A DNA stretch of 63,713 nt, the filler included, from Licmophora abbreviata (taxonomy: Eukaryota), in assembly GCA_900291995.1 (NCBI GenBank). It is 9 parts of 9 records of this genome, joined end to end, with 100 filler letters (N's around TTAATTAATTAA, not from the genome) between each part and the next. Parts side by side here need not be neighbours in the genome. Positions count along the whole stretch, not along the records: positions 58,868 to 62,199 come from OLMU01000114.1; positions 62,300 to 63,713 come from OLMU01000116.1; 7 more parts are not named here. One strand, written 5' to 3'. Position 1 is the stretch's first letter. Each line of letters starts with the position of its first letter. The notes under the pieces were generated by a model, which ran no database searches, was not told the DNA's origin, and saw nothing but the letters and a program-made list of their open reading frames with translations. A program made the translations under genes and the position numbers. Of this stretch, positions 60,413 through 63,713 are shown piece after piece.

Positions 60413-62199
60413 ATGCAAACTTTAACTTCAGAAGCGACCGTCTTGGACCTTGTGCGCTCGTTCCTCGACACTGATGGAGGCGATGCCATTAGTTCGGATG
60501 ATGCTTCCGGGACGGCGACACTGCCGCCAGCCTCAGTCGAAAGCGAATATCGAGAGGTCTCGGTTCTGACCTCTGAAGAGAAATCGGTGGTGATTGTGCT
60601 CATTTTCAGCAAAGATCGTCCGTGGCAGCTTCAGCAGCTACTCAGGTCTTTCCAGCTGGAACAAGGCGAAGAGATTCAGGAGCAAGATCTGGCCATAGAG
60701 ATCGCCATCCTCGCACGCATACAGGAAGAGTATCGAGAAGGTTACCGGCAGGTCAATGAAGAGTTCCAAGGTTTTGCTACGTTCTTGGAGGAAGATCCTT
60801 CCATCGAGGACTCTAATTTTCGACGTTTGCTGCTTTATTTGATCGACGGCCATACTTCCAGTTCTCGGCGGACTCATTGGTTGTTTCTGACGGATGACTG
60901 TCTGCTACTGGTGCCACTCTCGCACCTCTTGCAAACGGCGTGTCGAGCACTGGCAGAAAATGCAGAGGTTGTTTGCTTCCTGTCGAGGCTTCATCCGGGC
61001 ATATCATTTTGCCAAACGAGAGACAAGCCGTGTCTACCACCATCTCGCTTCATGCAATACCGCAAGTCACACGATACTGGAGCGTATATCTATCCTCTTC
61101 ACCGCGGTGTGCTTGACTGGAACTATCCTTGGGATCTTAGTGGAGGAGTCTATCGTGATTCGCTTGTCCGAGACATGTTCGAATGCCTGCGGGAAAATGA
61201 CGCTCTTTCGCATCCAAATACGCTGGAGATTGGAGGCAACGAAGTTCTGGCCAGTGATTTGTCGTCCGTGGCGCTATCGAAAAGAGCCCGTGATCCCCAC
61301 TGCTCTATACCTACAACGCCAATGCTTCTCGTTCTCGCGATCAACCGTGTTCAAAATATGTTCCAAGCGCCGTTGGCCTGTGACGAGTCGATTCGAGATT
61401 TAGCAAGCACGAGGTCGCTCCTGCAACTGCTGTCGGACGATCGACATTTGGACATCTTATACTACAAAAGACGAGGCTTCAGCGCATCCCACATTGGCAA
61501 CTTTATTCTGGTAGATGATACGCCCCATCAAGAGGAAACGACGAATGTTGTCAGGGTCGACGATTCGACGACAAGCAATCCCGTTGCCCTCAGCGTTCTC
61601 ATGCCAGTGCATACTGGTCCACCAGACGCGGCGTACCATGCAATGACGTCGGTAGCGATACAGCCGGTTGAACACAATCACCGCAATGGACGCGATAACA
61701 AACTTTCTCCACTTCAGATTGTACTTGTCGATGATCGATGTGTCGATGGGAGCATCGACGCCATGTTGGAAGCCTTGGTGTCGGTCGAGAGACGGCACGA
61801 TGTCGTTGTGCTTTCGGTGCGCGATCACCGAAACGGTTCAATGGACGAGATTTCTACCAGAGAGGAACCTGCTGTTCATCTCATTGTTGATATTTTCGCA
61901 TCTCCAAAGCCAGGTATTGCGGCGGCGTTGAACTACGGGCTTTGTCATTGCGAAGCCCACTTTGTCGCGCGGATGGATGCTGACGACATCTCAGCGCCAG
62001 GCCGTCTAATCGGACAGCTTTCGGTACTCGAGACACAATCGAACCTCTCTGTAGTCGGTATGAATAGTATCATCTTTCGTGAAGCTGGGAGCGGGTCAAG
62101 TCACGCTCGTCCCTTTCATGAGTCGACGTCTGCAATTGACGCCCTGCCGTATTTCTCATTGCGCTCTCGAACGGAAGTTGGTGCTTCAAACAGCTTGTT
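60413..62199 (+). CDS. Glycosyltransferase with two GT-A-like domains (C-terminal GT2); 3' end lost in gap
   Basis: N-domain LIFSKDRPWQL...FLTDD...WNYPWDLSG; GT2 domain SVLMPVH, VLVDD, GIAAALNYGL, RMDADDIS.P.RL..Q. Confidence 0.8.
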
Positions 62200-62300
62200 N
62201 NNNNNNNNNNNNNNNNNNNNNNNNNNNNNNNNNNNNNNNNNNNTTAATTAATTAANNNNNNNNNNNNNNNNNNNNNNNNNNNNNNNNNNNNNNNNNNNNA

Positions 62301-63032
62301 TCAACCATATGACACTTTCGATTCATCCACATCACACAGCCACAGAGATGCGCTTGGATCGTACTTGTCCACGGATTGCCACGACAGATCGGAATCATGA
62401 AGACTTCGCAGCTCGTTTAGAAAGATTTCTCGCTGAGAGCGGTCCGTCTGCGCAAATACCCAAACTCTCGAACCGCTTGCCAAGAGCTTTGCAGTCACGG
62501 CAGCTGCTCCACACGCAACCGACGAGGATTCAAAGACATCCGACAGTACATATAAGTCAGCCGTAGGTATTGGATCGTTTGGGCTAGTCAAATCCACTCT
62601 CGCCGTTTCTAGATTGGCGAGTTGCTGTGCCTGGGCAGCCGCTTGAACCATGTCAAGTGCGAAAAAATCCAAGTCCGTCGCGACAACAGCGCGGGCACCG
62701 AGTTTGGCGGCAGTCAATGACGGGAGTCCAGGACCACAGCCAAATTCACACACCGACCATGATTTTTCGAGATGCCGTTCCAGTGTTGATGATGCTTGAC
62801 GAGCGGATGGCCATACTTGGGTTGCCAAGAAGTTCACCGCTGGTGCGGCGCTTTCAGCCATCAAGTCGGTAGCCGAGGATACGCAGTAGCAGTACGGCGA
62901 GTTTTCGTCACTCCGTCGCAGCGGCACATTGTGAACTTGGACATTCCTGACAGAGACAGCAGCCGACTGGATCAGCAATGTGCAGGTAGCACACAGGGAC
63001 AGAGTGGGCGCTAGCAAAAACCGCCGGCTCAT
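62301..63032 (-). CDS. SAM-dependent methyltransferase (METTL21/Methyltransf_16-like)
   Basis: QVWPSA, motif I VCEFGCGPGLPSL, VVATD, SDVFE; N-terminal hydrophobic signal. Confidence 0.82.
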   Translation of the reverse strand: MSRRFLLAPTLSLCATCTLLIQSAAVSVRNVQVHNVPLRRSDENSPYCYCVSSATDLMAESAAPAVNFLATQVWPSARQASSTLERHLEKSWSVCEFGCGPGLPSLTAAKLGARAVVATDLDFFALDMVQAAAQAQQLANLETARVDLTSPNDPIPTADLYVLSDVFESSSVACGAAAVTAKLLASGSRVWVFAQTDRSQREIFLNELRSLHDSDLSWQSVDKYDPSASLWLCDVDESKVSYG

Positions 63033-63413
63033 CGTCACCGTCGTCAATGTATCATCATGGATGTGTGCGTGTGTGTGATGATGTGTGAAAGATGTGAATT
63101 TTGTTGCATAGACTTCTACGCAAATGTGTACCTACCAATTCAGACGGTCTATTAAGTATCTTTTGGATCTTGACATTTTTGTTTGATGAGGTCATCCTAT
63201 AATACTGCTCTGTCTGTCCGCCCTCCTTCCCGCGTCTTCGCACCGCGGTAATAATAGCGCTACACAACCAGAGTGACGGGGATCTCAATGTATCGCGTTG
63301 ACGAGCCTTTCAGTCGGTAATATCAAGTCGGACCTTGCCTGGATATCACGGATATACCTTTGCTATTGGCTAGACACCCAATCCAGCAAGAGATTACGAA
63401 AGGATCTCCGCTA

Positions 63414-63713
63414 CTACTCCCTTTTTACTCTGTCGACAGCGTCAGCTAAAGCTCGGCTCACTCGATGCATGGGCAATCCCATGACGGTGAAGAAGTCCCC
63501 TTGCATCGACTCCACCAACTGTCCTCCGATTCCTTGGATTCCGTAGGATCCAGCTTTGTCCATGGGCTCTCCGGTAGAGACGTACGCATCTATGTCGGCG
63601 TCCGAGAGCGAAGCGAACTTGACCCGTGCTTCGTCAGTAAACGAGGACAGTTTCTCGACGGTCTGACCCTTGACATGATATATAGCGACTCCAGTATGCA
63701 CCTTATGCCAATT
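63414..63713 (-). CDS. maf: Maf family nucleotide pyrophosphatase (3' part; runs off window)
   Basis: H.VHTGV, I.AYV.TGEPMDKAGSYGIQG, GDFFTVMGLP. Confidence 0.92.
   Translation of the reverse strand, partial: NWHKVHTGVAIYHVKGQTVEKLSSFTDEARVKFASLSDADIDAYVSTGEPMDKAGSYGIQGIGGQLVESMQGDFFTVMGLPMHRVSRALADAVDRVKRE

Noticed and set aside
60115..60612. Overlapping head-to-head coding of the 388-aa ORF and the glycosyltransferase
   Set aside because: The upstream part looks like a shadow frame; a better start lies at 60114
63055..63100. TG-rich stretch as telomeric or satellite repeat
   Set aside because: Short and irregular; reads as a CA-rich 5' leader of the methyltransferase gene

Overview
Gene-dense eukaryotic nuclear DNA, most likely a diatom or related photosynthetic stramenopile. 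The evidence is short GT-AG introns (mostly ~75-125 nt), bipartite plastid presequences, ALDH12-type P5CDH and a diatom-style PPR protein. About 33 protein-coding genes are present, mostly housekeeping: MOB1, ZW10, POP1, PUS10, mtHsp70, V-ATPase H, RsfS, P5CDH, LIN9, DRG2, OGG1, fibrillin and Maf. Eight 100-nt scaffold gaps each carry an artificial TTAATTAATTAA spacer; at least two join contigs that actually overlap. Several single-base frameshifts look like sequencing errors. No transposon, rRNA, tRNA or CRISPR was recognised. The top candidate is a triosephosphate isomerase fused in frame to an SMP-30/gluconolactonase beta-propeller, with a Glu97->Gly change, lying tail-to-tail (10 bp) with a PfkB sugar kinase. 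Other candidates are an MFS-like transporter with a Sec14/CRAL-TRIO domain in its central loop, a hidden 4-exon Arg-rich microprotein gene, a Cys-nucleophile alpha/beta hydrolase, a degenerate histidine phosphatase and a tandem GT-A glycosyltransferase. All family calls come from motif recognition by eye; no searches were run, so novelty is unverified.
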